Below, one piece after another: positions 9,601 to 19,370 of a stretch of 64,000 nucleotides of DNA. The first letter of the stretch is position 1. The number at the start of each line of letters is the position of its first letter. This stretch comes from a virus. The stretch covers positions 1-64,000 of the IMG/VR virus record IMGVR_UViG_3300023082_000002, one strand, 5' to 3'. The notes under the pieces are model-generated. The model was given only the letters and a program-made list of their open reading frames with translations, did not search any database and was not told the origin of the DNA. The translations under genes and the position numbers were made by a program.

Positions 9601-12600
9601 CTGATATCACCGGATTTTATGACGAGCAGCTTAAAGCACTAGAGGGTCAGCGTGCTGGTCTTGATCAGCAGAAGGCTGGCCTCGAAGCACAGAAGAAGCC
9701 ACTCGAAGATTCACTCGCCGTTCTCGATAAGATGAGTGCGCAGATGGAGAACCTTCAGCGCCAGGGTGAGATTCTTGATCTCGAGAAGGCGATGAAGTTC
9801 GACGAGGTCGATCATCAGATTGATCGTATGCAGCAGAAGTACGATCTCATTGGCGAGACCATTTCCGACATTGAGGCTGGAATTAGCGCGGCTGTTACTG
9901 CTCAGGAGAACCTTAATCGGGCAGCCGAGGAGCGCAAGCAGGCCAAGGAGGCCGCGAAGAATCTTGCGAAGGAAAAGGGCAAGGGCGCGACTACACCCGA
10001 GACGGCGGGTGCCAACTTCCCCGACGTCACTGGCAAGGGCTTGAAGGGGCGCACGGACTTCTCTTCTGAGGTTGATGCGATTAACGCGCTTACTGACGAG
10101 ACGCTTGCATCCACGTCAGACTTGTTCGCACAGGTCAACCCATTTAAGTCGATGGGCAAGTGGTTTAAGAAGACTTGGGACAATGACGTACTTCCCACTC
10201 TTTCAGGTGCTGGTGACTGGGTTGGTAACTTCTTCAGCACAATCTTTGATGGGGTTAAGCTCCCTGATAGTGTCACCAATACTGGCAACTTTCTCGGGAA
10301 TGCTTTTGACCCCAAGGAGATCAAGGCTAAGGTGGATGCTGTTGTTGCAATTGTCACCGGCATCTTCGACTTGTTCTGGCCTGACCTGAAGCGAATCTTT
10401 ACAGCAGGCTGGAATGGCCTCGTTTCCATTTGGGATCAGATCGGTCCCGAGCTTGTAGAGTTCGCGACACTACTGGCACCCCTTAAGGATGCACTGATTG
10501 GGACGGCCAAGGTCGTCGGTGGGGTTCTCGTCATCGCGTTTGGCATCCTCCTGGCTGCCCTCAAGGTTGTCGGTAGCGTTATCGGTCACACGATCGGGCC
10601 AGTCTTTGAAGCCATGGGAGGAGTTATTGCCGGCTTCCTGAAGATTCTTCGTGGTGCTATTCGGATTGTTGCTGGCGCAGTAAAGGTTATCATGGGTTTA
10701 TTGACCCTTGATCCGAAGATGGTTCTTACCGGACTCGGTGACATCGGCAAGGGTATTTGGGAAGTATTTTCGGGGCTTCTCAACACCCTTGGCGCTGTCT
10801 TCAAGGGTGCCTGGCAGATTCTTGTCGGGATTGCACAGGGTATCGTCGGCGGCATCTTCGGATTCTTTAAGTGGCTTTACGATCTATTGCCGACACAGGT
10901 TCACGACACTGTCAATGCGGTTATCGGTGCGTTCCAGTTCCTTGCAGGGGTTCCGCAATGGATTTGGGAGAACGTACTCGATCCTGTGTTTAAATTCTTT
11001 GCAAACTTCTTCAAGGATTACATTCTTCCGGTTGTTGATGTTTGGTGGAATCTTCTTCTGGTGCCGTTCGCGGTTATCGCTCAGATGGGTATCTGGTTCT
11101 GGGACCACGTTCTCAAGCCTGTCATCGGTCGATTCAAGGACGCTTGGGACTGGGTTGTTGGACACCTCAAGGGCTGGTGGGGTGGCATCCAGAATGCGCT
11201 CTCCGCAGTCAAGGGAGCTGGCCAATGGTTCTGGAACAATGTTTTGTCACCGATCGTCTCCTGGGTTGGGCGCACATGGAGCGAGCACATCCAGCCAAAG
11301 CTTGCGAGCTGGTGGGGTGGAATCACTGGAGCGTTTGACAGCCTCAAGGGACTTGGTCAGTGGGTTTGGAACAACGTCCTCAAGCCGATCAAGGACAAGT
11401 TCGAGCAGCTGTTTAACGACATTAAGACTTGGATCGGCAATAACACGAGTAAGATCGTTAACCCGATGATCGGTATGGTTAACGGGATCATCGGCGCAAT
11501 TAACAAGATGATCGACGGCCTTATGATGCTGAACAAGCTGCCTGGTATCAACTTTAAGGTCGACCACATTCCGCCGATTAAGGCACTCGAAGAGGGTGGT
11601 GCGATCCCGAACCGTCGCGTAGGTAATGGCTGGGTGACGAACGGAGCTCGTGCAATCGTTGGCGAGGGTAAGCCGAATCACCCCGAGTTTGTCATTCCGA
11701 CCGATCCGACTTATCGTAACCGGGCAACCATGCTGTTCAACACCCTCGGCCAGAAGCTCGGACTTCTTGAGGGCAAGAAGCAGACCCCGCTCGATAACGT
11801 GCATGGCGCGATGAACGACAAGGGTGTCCCGATGTTCTTCGGAGGCGGCATTCTTGACGGAATCAAAAAGACTGCTGGTGGAATTAAGAACGTCGCAAAG
11901 GGTGTGACTGGCACAGTCATTAATGTTGGTGGGGAAGCGTTTGACTGGGCTAAGGGTGCGGCTGGAAATGTTGCATCGCGCATTTACACGCCTGTTGGAA
12001 AGATTGTTGATCGAATCATCGGCAAGCTGTGGAACGAGATTCAGCCTGGCGCTCGCACTGCCCACACACAGGTCAAGGACGTAGTCTTTGGCACTGACGA
12101 GTACATGGAGCAGCTTCGAAAGGAAATTGCCGATAAGTGGGTCAAGCCACTTATGAGTGGATACTCGATCGGCGGCGGCATCGGATCGTATGCTGGTCAC
12201 AACGGCAGAGACTTCCCTGTAGCGAAGGGTACGTCTGTTCACGCAATCAGTGGTGGTACTGTTACAGCGTCACGAGACATTGCAGCAAATGGTGGAAAGT
12301 ATAACGGCGGCGGCTATGGCTCGTACGGTCGTATGATCGAGATTGCCCACAAGAACGGCATCAAGTCGCTGTACGCACACAACAGTCAGCGTCTGGTTAG
12401 TGCTGGCGATACCGTTATGCCGAATGATGTCATTGCGAAGTCTGGCTCGACTGGTAACTCGTCTGGTCCTCACCTTCACCTGTCGATGTGGCAGAATGGC
12501 TCACTCACAGAGCCGCTGGACTTCCTGCGAACACATGGAGTTAAGCTGGCGAAGGGTGCGATAGTTCGGTCGCGTAGCGGCGGAGTGGATGCTACAATCG

Positions 12601-12779
12601 GCGAAGGCAATCGTGACGAGGCAGTCTTGCCTCTCCCGAGGGGCTGGCGTGGAGATGATCCGTTCAGGGGTGGAGACACTAACATTACGGTGACAGGTGA
12701 TCTCGTCTTCCCGAACGTCGAGAATGGCGATGACGCAGAAGACTTCATTAACAACCTCGTTTCAGTAGTGAAGGAATAA
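6639..12779 (+). CDS. tape measure protein with C-terminal M23 peptidase
   Basis: 2046 aa, TP901-type N-terminal region, Trp-periodic repeats, HNGRD...YAH...GNSSGPHLH M23 motifs; start may be ATG 6660. Confidence 0.95.
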   Translation: MDMGPGIMNIQVRVLAANARRTLRSVRAEMAAVQAQSQATSAVSPVGKRSFADMTKAGNQMQWVGRQLQYNFTLPLVLAGAAATKFALDQQAAMVHVAKVYGDSDAAVKSFQATLDAGGEQAKNLRSEYSQVMGKDLTGNIEAAKKEMAAYNQEIEKQELAALERNFDALSVKFAIQKKEVMEVAGAWAAAGVSGKELAKSVENTLIATNIGDMPAAKATEALISIQAQYNMSASKLKRTLADLNAIENATAVDMGGLIQSMAKSGSAAAASGTSAKYLAAMTASITPAAGSASQAGNALKTILSRISKPTEEGAAAMERLGVNVDSVAWKSLGGAEKLEVLQKGFNNLSESEQLANASATVGIYQYNRYIQLLKDMGREHGNYNKSLDATISRDKVFNTMNKELGTILESNPKRLQRMGIALQNSLADIITPLIPQLIYLAGEVANLAKAFNNLPAGVQKVALGIAVLLVVMPLLLRYLGSLKTLFVVTKIGVGGLARAIGILSTATAVNTVIDGESVVVTEMKRKGLIGLFLTMLRAPFKWFAAAAWASATLTSKAFTFIAWSGVTSIRMLIARTAAPFAAWVAFLTQTVLMGGFAAAFKWVWASIVGLFARGSATTLAITRGTNAALVAGNVTTQRALAAGTATGAAAQISIWSRFGGIISGIMAATRLRLAAIWLSFIGFLANPAAIMAALKAVSLVIGQFAVRLIPILFGPWGIAIGAIIGLLYIFRSQIAQVWNNIVSYFQSSGDLGRVFNWMVGGALSAFNALPQGVQNAMLAVVKVVRDAALAVYEWFSYINPFAHHSPSLVENVTAGMGEVVKQFSTLGQIKQYTDAAYKELNRFGKATSNITGKSARMDVADDRKTLQKGGASKAALKSYDDLQGKLRSMRSEYAGLGAEIDRLKNKDIEARREMDHAIFENEFAQKKLRLEMLRMEQGGISIDKVKDQLSGLDDEIKKVDDRFGQLTEAIDGMKEITTGLRAAGAGSDITGFYDEQLKALEGQRAGLDQQKAGLEAQKKPLEDSLAVLDKMSAQMENLQRQGEILDLEKAMKFDEVDHQIDRMQQKYDLIGETISDIEAGISAAVTAQENLNRAAEERKQAKEAAKNLAKEKGKGATTPETAGANFPDVTGKGLKGRTDFSSEVDAINALTDETLASTSDLFAQVNPFKSMGKWFKKTWDNDVLPTLSGAGDWVGNFFSTIFDGVKLPDSVTNTGNFLGNAFDPKEIKAKVDAVVAIVTGIFDLFWPDLKRIFTAGWNGLVSIWDQIGPELVEFATLLAPLKDALIGTAKVVGGVLVIAFGILLAALKVVGSVIGHTIGPVFEAMGGVIAGFLKILRGAIRIVAGAVKVIMGLLTLDPKMVLTGLGDIGKGIWEVFSGLLNTLGAVFKGAWQILVGIAQGIVGGIFGFFKWLYDLLPTQVHDTVNAVIGAFQFLAGVPQWIWENVLDPVFKFFANFFKDYILPVVDVWWNLLLVPFAVIAQMGIWFWDHVLKPVIGRFKDAWDWVVGHLKGWWGGIQNALSAVKGAGQWFWNNVLSPIVSWVGRTWSEHIQPKLASWWGGITGAFDSLKGLGQWVWNNVLKPIKDKFEQLFNDIKTWIGNNTSKIVNPMIGMVNGIIGAINKMIDGLMMLNKLPGINFKVDHIPPIKALEEGGAIPNRRVGNGWVTNGARAIVGEGKPNHPEFVIPTDPTYRNRATMLFNTLGQKLGLLEGKKQTPLDNVHGAMNDKGVPMFFGGGILDGIKKTAGGIKNVAKGVTGTVINVGGEAFDWAKGAAGNVASRIYTPVGKIVDRIIGKLWNEIQPGARTAHTQVKDVVFGTDEYMEQLRKEIADKWVKPLMSGYSIGGGIGSYAGHNGRDFPVAKGTSVHAISGGTVTASRDIAANGGKYNGGGYGSYGRMIEIAHKNGIKSLYAHNSQRLVSAGDTVMPNDVIAKSGSTGNSSGPHLHLSMWQNGSLTEPLDFLRTHGVKLAKGAIVRSRSGGVDATIGEGNRDEAVLPLPRGWRGDDPFRGGDTNITVTGDLVFPNVENGDDAEDFINNLVSVVKE

Positions 12780-12780
12780 C

Positions 12781-15700
12781 ATGAGCAGCCTTACGACCTC
12801 GCAGGCCAGTTTCACTTCACGGGGTGGCGGAACCAAGTACAACGGTGGCGTACTTGCTTCTGGAAAAGTTGTCAGAGTTGTTCCGACCAGTGCAACAACT
12901 TTTGTGGTTCTCGAGAACCCAGCTGACGGAAGCATGAGTGTCACTACGGTTGCCACGATCACGATCACGACCCTCAAGTTCACTCCTCGCTGGCAGGCTG
13001 TTGTTGGGCACGATGGAACCTACGTCGTTCTGGCTTACATTTGCTCTGATAATACTGTTCGCAGTAGGATCATTCGTTACACTGCTGGTACTGGAGTTTC
13101 GTACGTCAGTACGGATGCAGAGCAAACTGCGGCACCTGCAGTTTCAGGCGCTGAGCCCGATATCATGGACATCGACGTCAGCGTCGGTGGTGCGGTTGCT
13201 CTGACTTATCTTTTTTCTCAGTCCGTCAGTCCTTTCATCGGCTACGTGACTCGTATTCGTACGACTGCCGGAACCTGGGTTGCTGGAGAAACATTCTCAC
13301 TTGAGACCGCAGCGTACCCGTGGCGTGCTTGGAACACCGGTATTAATGTCTCGTGGTCTCAGGGCGGCGGCGCGGCGGCGCGGCGCTTTGACGTCATGGC
13401 AAGTTACGGAGGCAACTCTTCAGACAAGGGAACAGTCTGGAGGCACTGTTCGATTAACGAAACGACTGGCGCTTCGTTTAGCGCACAGAGTAAAGGACTG
13501 CTTCCGTACGGTAGTCTAAACTACTACTCGAACAGTTATGCATTCAGTAACAGGCCTCGTGTCGTCCGAGGTTACGCACTGCCTGATGGTCTCAACACAG
13601 TCATTGCCCTTGCAGCTATTGTAACTGTCATTCACCCAAACGACATCATAGGTGACAAGTCCACAGAGTTTGTTCCTCGTAAGTGGGTGGGAGTCTTGAA
13701 GACAACTACCCTCGGTGCAAACGCTGCTGCAGACGTCGTTGATGTGACAATGAAGTTTGTCGACACGGGAAGCTATTCCAACCGGAAGTATAATTACTCT
13801 GGAACAACGGCTATCGGGTTTAACACTCACCCTGACGGAAGCTTTATTGTCAACTTCATCGAGCCGCTATACAGGCCGGCTGCATACTCTACTGGAGATG
13901 TAGCTGGATACGATGGTGTACTGAATGTCGCTAAGATCATTGATCCTGCCGGGAGTTTTACTCTCAATGGAGCTGATGTAGCGTCAGGAAGAATGAATGG
14001 AACCATCGAGCCGCAGGTGCGTCCGGGTCGCGCTAGTGGTGATCAGCTAGGTGACTTCTGGACGACCACACAGTCGCCTGCTTCGGGTTACCCGTCAAGG
14101 CGCCAGGACTGGATGTCGGTAGAGCTTGCCAGTGGTAACAACAAGGTAGTTTTTGGTAACGCTCTTATTACAGTCACCTCGAGTGATCTACAGCCCCTTG
14201 CTTCTTCTGTAGTGACCACGTCGCTGCCGAAGGTCAACGTGTTTGCAAAGAACAGTACTCTTCAGTACAGCCCTCCCGTCGTGCGTCCGATTTATCGGAT
14301 TGCAGACAACGTAGACCTTACGCTAAATGCGATTGAATTTACTGACACGTTCTGGGAGCTGAGGTCGCTTAGTTTTCAGAGCTGGGAGCGCACTTGGAAG
14401 TCGGCCTGGGTGCCTGCTGGAGTCAGGTATATTGGCGTAAAGTTCGAGGACCCGTACGGCAACCAGTACACCCACCCCTCTGTCAATACTTTCACGGTCT
14501 CGCACCCGTCTGGTGTCTATGTTGTCGTGCCTGGATATTCTACTACTGATCCCGGTCCTGTTTTTTACTCAGACCCCAATGCTTTGGGTTACTCTGTACA
14601 CGACATAAGCTGGGCAATCAGTGATGCGTTCAGTGAGGACTATCAGACAGCGTATCGACTTTTGGTGACTGATCCACTTGGAAGCACTGTCTACGATACT
14701 GGCAAGGTTATTTCACAGGCAGTCAACTCGGGTACCGGCAAGATTCGTATTCCGTTCGCGAACCGCAACCAGAACCTGACTGTTACCGTTTACACTTGGG
14801 ACGTCTACGACACCAGTGCAACGCCAGGCAGTAATGCTCGTGGCTCGATTATTGCCTATGCTGGTCCGAATGTTACTGCCGTAACAGCAAGCCCACTGAA
14901 TGCTTCAGATTTGACTGCGGCAAACCCGACGATCACAGTTACTCATACACCAGGTTTCCGTCCGTCGACAGCTCTAGATGTAATCATCAGCAAGGCCGGA
15001 GTTACGCTAAAGACAATTCATGTCGACAACCCAACAAACACACAGGCCGTTACTTTCCCGTCGTTCCTCGATAACAATACGAATTACACTGTTACGGCTG
15101 TGGTCACTGACCAGGGTGGACTGTCTCATAGTCTTGCGACCAACATTCACACCCTATGGACGCCTCCGGGTGCTCCGATTGGCGTAACGGTTTCAGCTGC
15201 TAACTACAACACTCCCAATCAGAATTCAATTGACATCTCATGGAGTACTAACCTTTTGAGTGGGGGTGACCAGGAGGATGCTATTACGCCTGGTCCCTAC
15301 GGTGCTGGAACATTAACTTGGGATACGGTGGAGTCACATTCGCCTACACATTCCGCAAAGGTTGTTACGCATGGTGCTGTTGAGGGTGCAGTCTTCTATA
15401 CCCCAACCCTCCTGAGTGCAAATCAAAAGGTCGTTAGCTCTGTATGGATCAAGGGTCCTGCTGGAACAACTGTAGGTATTGCCGGTCGAGTCGGTAGCGT
15501 TTCTGGTGCTTATCTCGGTGAAGGTGCCGGTGCTAGAAACTTTGTTCTTACAGGAGCTTGGCAACGGATTTATACTGACCCTTGGACATATGCAACCAGT
15601 GAGTTTCAGCCTTGGTTCCAGGTGACAACTTCAGCTGCTGTAACATTTTGGCTTGACGATGCTCAGAGTGAGACTGGTACCGTCCTGACACCCTGGGCGC

Positions 15701-16350
15701 CTGGCAAGGATGCGAACTGGATCGAGTGGACAATCTATCGACAGATTAATCAGATCAATCCAGAAACTGGCGCGGTTCTCGCTTACGGCGATTTGACCTA
15801 CATCGGGTCATCGCAGAGTAACGCTCCTATCGTCAGCTATAGCGACAGGACAGCACCTTCGGGTGTGCAGGTCGGATATGTCATCCGGCAAAAAGTGAAT
15901 CGTTCAGGGTCGTTGATCGAGTCAGTTAACAACACGCCTGTAGTCGTAAACACCGTCTCGGAAGGCTATTGGCTGGTGGACCCAGACCCAATCGACCCGC
16001 TGTTTGGATCATTCCAGCTTTACAATGTCACTTCAGATAACTACTCACAGAAGTACGAGTCGGAGACGATGCATCTCATCGGACGTGGCAACCATGAAGA
16101 CCAGGGCGACTACCTCGGCGTCGAGGGTTCTCTGGTGGCAAAGTTCCGCAACAGTGGCGGAACAACTGCACGACAGAAGAAGCTTCGTATCGAGGCTATT
16201 CGCAGCGAGGCGCGTCCACTGATCATGCGTACTCCGTTTGGAGATATGTTCTACGTGTCAATTCGAGATATCGAAGTGGATCGAATTGCAGGCCAAGGTC
16301 TCAATGAGTTCTGTGATGTAACCATTCCGTACAGCGAGGTGTATCGCTGA
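12781..16350 (+). CDS. minor tail protein (large, Ig/Fn3-like and CBM-like modules)
   Basis: 1189 aa T/S/V-rich, directly after the tape measure; SVWIKG..G...LTGAWQRI...FWLDDAQ.E CBM-like segment. Confidence 0.8.
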   Translation: MSSLTTSQASFTSRGGGTKYNGGVLASGKVVRVVPTSATTFVVLENPADGSMSVTTVATITITTLKFTPRWQAVVGHDGTYVVLAYICSDNTVRSRIIRYTAGTGVSYVSTDAEQTAAPAVSGAEPDIMDIDVSVGGAVALTYLFSQSVSPFIGYVTRIRTTAGTWVAGETFSLETAAYPWRAWNTGINVSWSQGGGAAARRFDVMASYGGNSSDKGTVWRHCSINETTGASFSAQSKGLLPYGSLNYYSNSYAFSNRPRVVRGYALPDGLNTVIALAAIVTVIHPNDIIGDKSTEFVPRKWVGVLKTTTLGANAAADVVDVTMKFVDTGSYSNRKYNYSGTTAIGFNTHPDGSFIVNFIEPLYRPAAYSTGDVAGYDGVLNVAKIIDPAGSFTLNGADVASGRMNGTIEPQVRPGRASGDQLGDFWTTTQSPASGYPSRRQDWMSVELASGNNKVVFGNALITVTSSDLQPLASSVVTTSLPKVNVFAKNSTLQYSPPVVRPIYRIADNVDLTLNAIEFTDTFWELRSLSFQSWERTWKSAWVPAGVRYIGVKFEDPYGNQYTHPSVNTFTVSHPSGVYVVVPGYSTTDPGPVFYSDPNALGYSVHDISWAISDAFSEDYQTAYRLLVTDPLGSTVYDTGKVISQAVNSGTGKIRIPFANRNQNLTVTVYTWDVYDTSATPGSNARGSIIAYAGPNVTAVTASPLNASDLTAANPTITVTHTPGFRPSTALDVIISKAGVTLKTIHVDNPTNTQAVTFPSFLDNNTNYTVTAVVTDQGGLSHSLATNIHTLWTPPGAPIGVTVSAANYNTPNQNSIDISWSTNLLSGGDQEDAITPGPYGAGTLTWDTVESHSPTHSAKVVTHGAVEGAVFYTPTLLSANQKVVSSVWIKGPAGTTVGIAGRVGSVSGAYLGEGAGARNFVLTGAWQRIYTDPWTYATSEFQPWFQVTTSAAVTFWLDDAQSETGTVLTPWAPGKDANWIEWTIYRQINQINPETGAVLAYGDLTYIGSSQSNAPIVSYSDRTAPSGVQVGYVIRQKVNRSGSLIESVNNTPVVVNTVSEGYWLVDPDPIDPLFGSFQLYNVTSDNYSQKYESETMHLIGRGNHEDQGDYLGVEGSLVAKFRNSGGTTARQKKLRIEAIRSEARPLIMRTPFGDMFYVSIRDIEVDRIAGQGLNEFCDVTIPYSEVYR

Positions 16351-18086
16351 TGGTTATGCCAAGTCAGGATGTCGTCAATGCGATCGAGGCGGGCATTACT
16401 CGTGTCACTCGTCGCGTAGAGCTGTATGAAGCGGATGGAGTGACTCCATTCTACCCTAATGGATCAGTTGAAGACCAATTTCGACTGATTGGTGGAAACG
16501 TAAGCGTTGACTCTACACGCGATGAGCGGCGGGCGATTGATATAACGCTCGACAACAAAGACGGCAAGCTTAAGCCGAACGCAAACGGCGGTTTGTGGTA
16601 TGACAAGATCATTAAGCCTTATCGCGGGGTTCGGTTCCCAATGAGTCAAACCAAGCCGAAGATTCTCATCATTGAATCGCCGACTCAGCTTACTGCTACC
16701 ATTCTGCGCTCTGCTTTTGCAGCAATGGGATTCACTGACGTTACAATCGACCTTACCGTGACGACGCTTTCACAGCTCTCGGGATATACCATCATTGTAT
16801 CTGATGTCGCTGGAAATACGCCGACAGCAAAGGCCACCCTTCTTCAAGCCGCATTTAATGCCGGATACAAGATTTTCACGAAGGGTCCATATAACGGAGT
16901 GAACGAGCTTCCGTGGGTTATCGCTGAGACTGCGACGACAAACGCGGCAGGGTTCTTCATTACTCCGTACAACAAGGACACCCCGATTACGGGTGGCTGG
17001 TCGTCGGAACAAGAGGGGTCAATCTCCTCGATGGCTCATACGACGATCAGTCCAAAGGCTATCACCGTCGCATACAGCGTAAACAACTCAATTACGCATC
17101 CCACTGCGACCATTTACGAGGTGGGCGCGGGTCGATGGTTTGACTACAAGCCAATCACTTATGGCACCCAGGCGAAAGCGCTAATGGCTCGCGCACTTTA
17201 CTGGCTCTGGAATTACCAGCCGTATGTCGAGTGGGAAACGCCGCTCGGCGTGTTCATGATCGACAACTTCAAGACTTCAAACTTTCCTCACACTGTCCCT
17301 TTGTCCGGAAGAGACTTTACGAAAAAGGCTTTGCTTGCAAAGATTCGCAAGGCAATGGATTTCGATTCCGGCACTAAGATCGTAGACTTCATCACGGCAC
17401 TAGGTGCCAATGCAGGCATAACAAAGTTTCGCTTTGATCCGACCATGACGACAACGATCGGTAGTTCCTTCTCGGCGACAAGAGGTGATCCTCGTTGGTC
17501 ACTTATGAGCAAGGCAGCGAACATTGCAGACAACAATCTGTATTTTGATCTTGACGGGACACTTACTATGTCTCCGTACCCTGACCCAACACTGGGCTCT
17601 CCGCTTGCATCCTTTCGTACTGGAGCAGAAGGTGGCAACCTTGCTTCTTATGAAAAGTCTGCAAACGATTCGTTCATCTACAATATGATCGTAGTAACAG
17701 GCACGCCCTCGTCTGATACTTCTGATGTCGTGTCGCTAGGCTTTTACGGCGAGGCTTCGAATACGCGAGAGTCTTCGCCCACTCGCATCTCTCGTATCGG
17801 TGAGCGTACGATGTTTTATGAAAGTCCCTTCTTTACAAGTGACGCGCAGTGCGTGAATTACGCAAACAGTCTGCTTAAGATTCATGCCAACGAGCAGTAT
17901 GACTTGAACTTGAGTGGTATCGTTTACCCCTGGATCGAAGCCGGGATTGTTGTAGATTTCAAAGACCCCGAGGATAGTGAAGGTCTTGATCCTGTGCGAT
18001 TCGTCGGACAGTCTTTCGGTGTGCCTCTTGACCTTACTCCAATGACCGCCTCGGCGAAGCGCCTCGTCATTATTGCAGGGAGTTGA
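16350..18086 (+). CDS. minor tail protein (baseplate hub-like)
   Basis: GGNVSVD.T...RR, PLGVF, LYFD.DG.L, YN.IVVTG motifs. Confidence 0.8.
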   Translation: MVMPSQDVVNAIEAGITRVTRRVELYEADGVTPFYPNGSVEDQFRLIGGNVSVDSTRDERRAIDITLDNKDGKLKPNANGGLWYDKIIKPYRGVRFPMSQTKPKILIIESPTQLTATILRSAFAAMGFTDVTIDLTVTTLSQLSGYTIIVSDVAGNTPTAKATLLQAAFNAGYKIFTKGPYNGVNELPWVIAETATTNAAGFFITPYNKDTPITGGWSSEQEGSISSMAHTTISPKAITVAYSVNNSITHPTATIYEVGAGRWFDYKPITYGTQAKALMARALYWLWNYQPYVEWETPLGVFMIDNFKTSNFPHTVPLSGRDFTKKALLAKIRKAMDFDSGTKIVDFITALGANAGITKFRFDPTMTTTIGSSFSATRGDPRWSLMSKAANIADNNLYFDLDGTLTMSPYPDPTLGSPLASFRTGAEGGNLASYEKSANDSFIYNMIVVTGTPSSDTSDVVSLGFYGEASNTRESSPTRISRIGERTMFYESPFFTSDAQCVNYANSLLKIHANEQYDLNLSGIVYPWIEAGIVVDFKDPEDSEGLDPVRFVGQSFGVPLDLTPMTASAKRLVIIAGS

Positions 18087-18087
18087 C

Positions 18088-18915
18088 ATGTCTAAACTGT
18101 TTAAAGATATGGCAACGGCGCTTGCGTTCCGGGATGTCATGGAACGCGTTGCTACTGGTGTAGTGAATCGTCTTCGGCCAGCTTCGTTCGTCGGCGAAGT
18201 CACAACAGTCAATATACTGACTCGTACTGCTACGGTTCGCAGGGCGGGACAAGAAGAAGACGAGCCGGACACTAGGGTTAACTATCTGCCACACCTTGCC
18301 CCGAACCAAATCCTTGTCCAGGACGTCCAGAGGGGTAACATTGTAGAGGTCTCCGGTACCTCGGGTGATCTTTATATTACCAAGATATACTCTGGTCTTT
18401 ACACCGACGAGATTGCAACACCAGCAGGTATGCGTGCGGACTTCGATCTTCCAGCCCCACCGATCGGCTGGGCACTAGAGAACGGACAGGCACTAAGTCG
18501 CACCGTTGCGTTCCGATTGTTTGCAGCTATCGGAACTACTCATGGAGTCGGCAACGGCACAACAACCTTCAATGTCGATAACACCATGGGTCGAAGCTCG
18601 GTCGGCTGGGACCCGCTTCAGACAGAGTTTGACAATCTGACCGACAAGGGTGGCACGAAAACTAAGTCGCTGTCTTCGGACGAGGGTCCGGTTCACGCTC
18701 ACGACTTCGAAGGTCAGACGTTTTCCTGGGGAGCCAATAACGGAAACGTCTATGCAAACGTAGACGCAGTGGGAGGCGCTTCCCCCAGCGGCACGAACAG
18801 GCTGTTTACTTTTCAGAACGTGGGCGGATGGACTACTACTTATAACGCTGGTAGTGGCAATGCGTTCAGTCTACTTTCGCCTTACTATGTCTCACTGAAA
18901 TGCATTAAGTTGTGA
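18088..18915 (+). CDS. minor tail protein with tail-collar domain
   Basis: PPIGWALENGQALSRT...LFAAIGTTHG.GNGTTTFN collar motif; GGTKTKSL..E.PVHAH. Confidence 0.85.
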   Translation: MSKLFKDMATALAFRDVMERVATGVVNRLRPASFVGEVTTVNILTRTATVRRAGQEEDEPDTRVNYLPHLAPNQILVQDVQRGNIVEVSGTSGDLYITKIYSGLYTDEIATPAGMRADFDLPAPPIGWALENGQALSRTVAFRLFAAIGTTHGVGNGTTTFNVDNTMGRSSVGWDPLQTEFDNLTDKGGTKTKSLSSDEGPVHAHDFEGQTFSWGANNGNVYANVDAVGGASPSGTNRLFTFQNVGGWTTTYNAGSGNAFSLLSPYYVSLKCIKL

Positions 18916-19035
18916 CTACTCAAATAGGGACGTTTGACCCTAGACAGGATGGGGTATCCTTGACTACGAACGTCCTACGAATTACTCTGTGTCAAGATGC
19001 GACGAGGCATCCTGTCAATTTGGTAGGAGTAAAAG

Positions 19036-19245
19036 GTGCCTAGCAGCCAGAAGTTTTGGGAGAGGCTGGCCGTAGGCATTCTGGTTATCATTCTTATTGC
19101 CCTTGCGGTTGGTGTGTATCGAGACAAAGTCGATTACACACAGGTTATCGTTGCGGCAATTGGACTTATTGGTTTGCTTAGGGGAGCAGACTCTTTTAAG
19201 AAGATGACCGATAAGGATGACGACAGCGACAAGAGCTCGACATGA
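19036..19245 (+). CDS. small 2-TM membrane protein (lysis cassette)
   Basis: AGGAG RBS; two hydrophobic helices and a charged tail. Confidence 0.7.
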   Translation: MPSSQKFWERLAVGILVIILIALAVGVYRDKVDYTQVIVAAIGLIGLLRGADSFKKMTDKDDDSDKSST

Positions 19246-19370
19246 GTATGAGCACAGAAACCTTGGGTCTTGTGAGCAGCGTTGTTTACGCCGTTGGCAT
19301 GTTCTCGGGAGCTGCGCTCGAGCGATTCATTCTTGCACCACGCCGTAAACGACTCGATAAGGAATCCTGA
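19242..19370 (+). CDS. 42-aa single-TM protein (not in ORF track)
   Basis: MSMSTETLGLVSSVVYAVGMFSGAALERFILAPRRKRLDKES; ATGA and TGATG coupling on both sides. Confidence 0.65.
   Translation: MSMSTETLGLVSSVVYAVGMFSGAALERFILAPRRKRLDKES

Noticed and set aside
12781-18915. Diversity-generating retroelement or invertible tail cassette
   Set aside because: No reverse transcriptase, template/variable repeat pair or inverted tail segments seen
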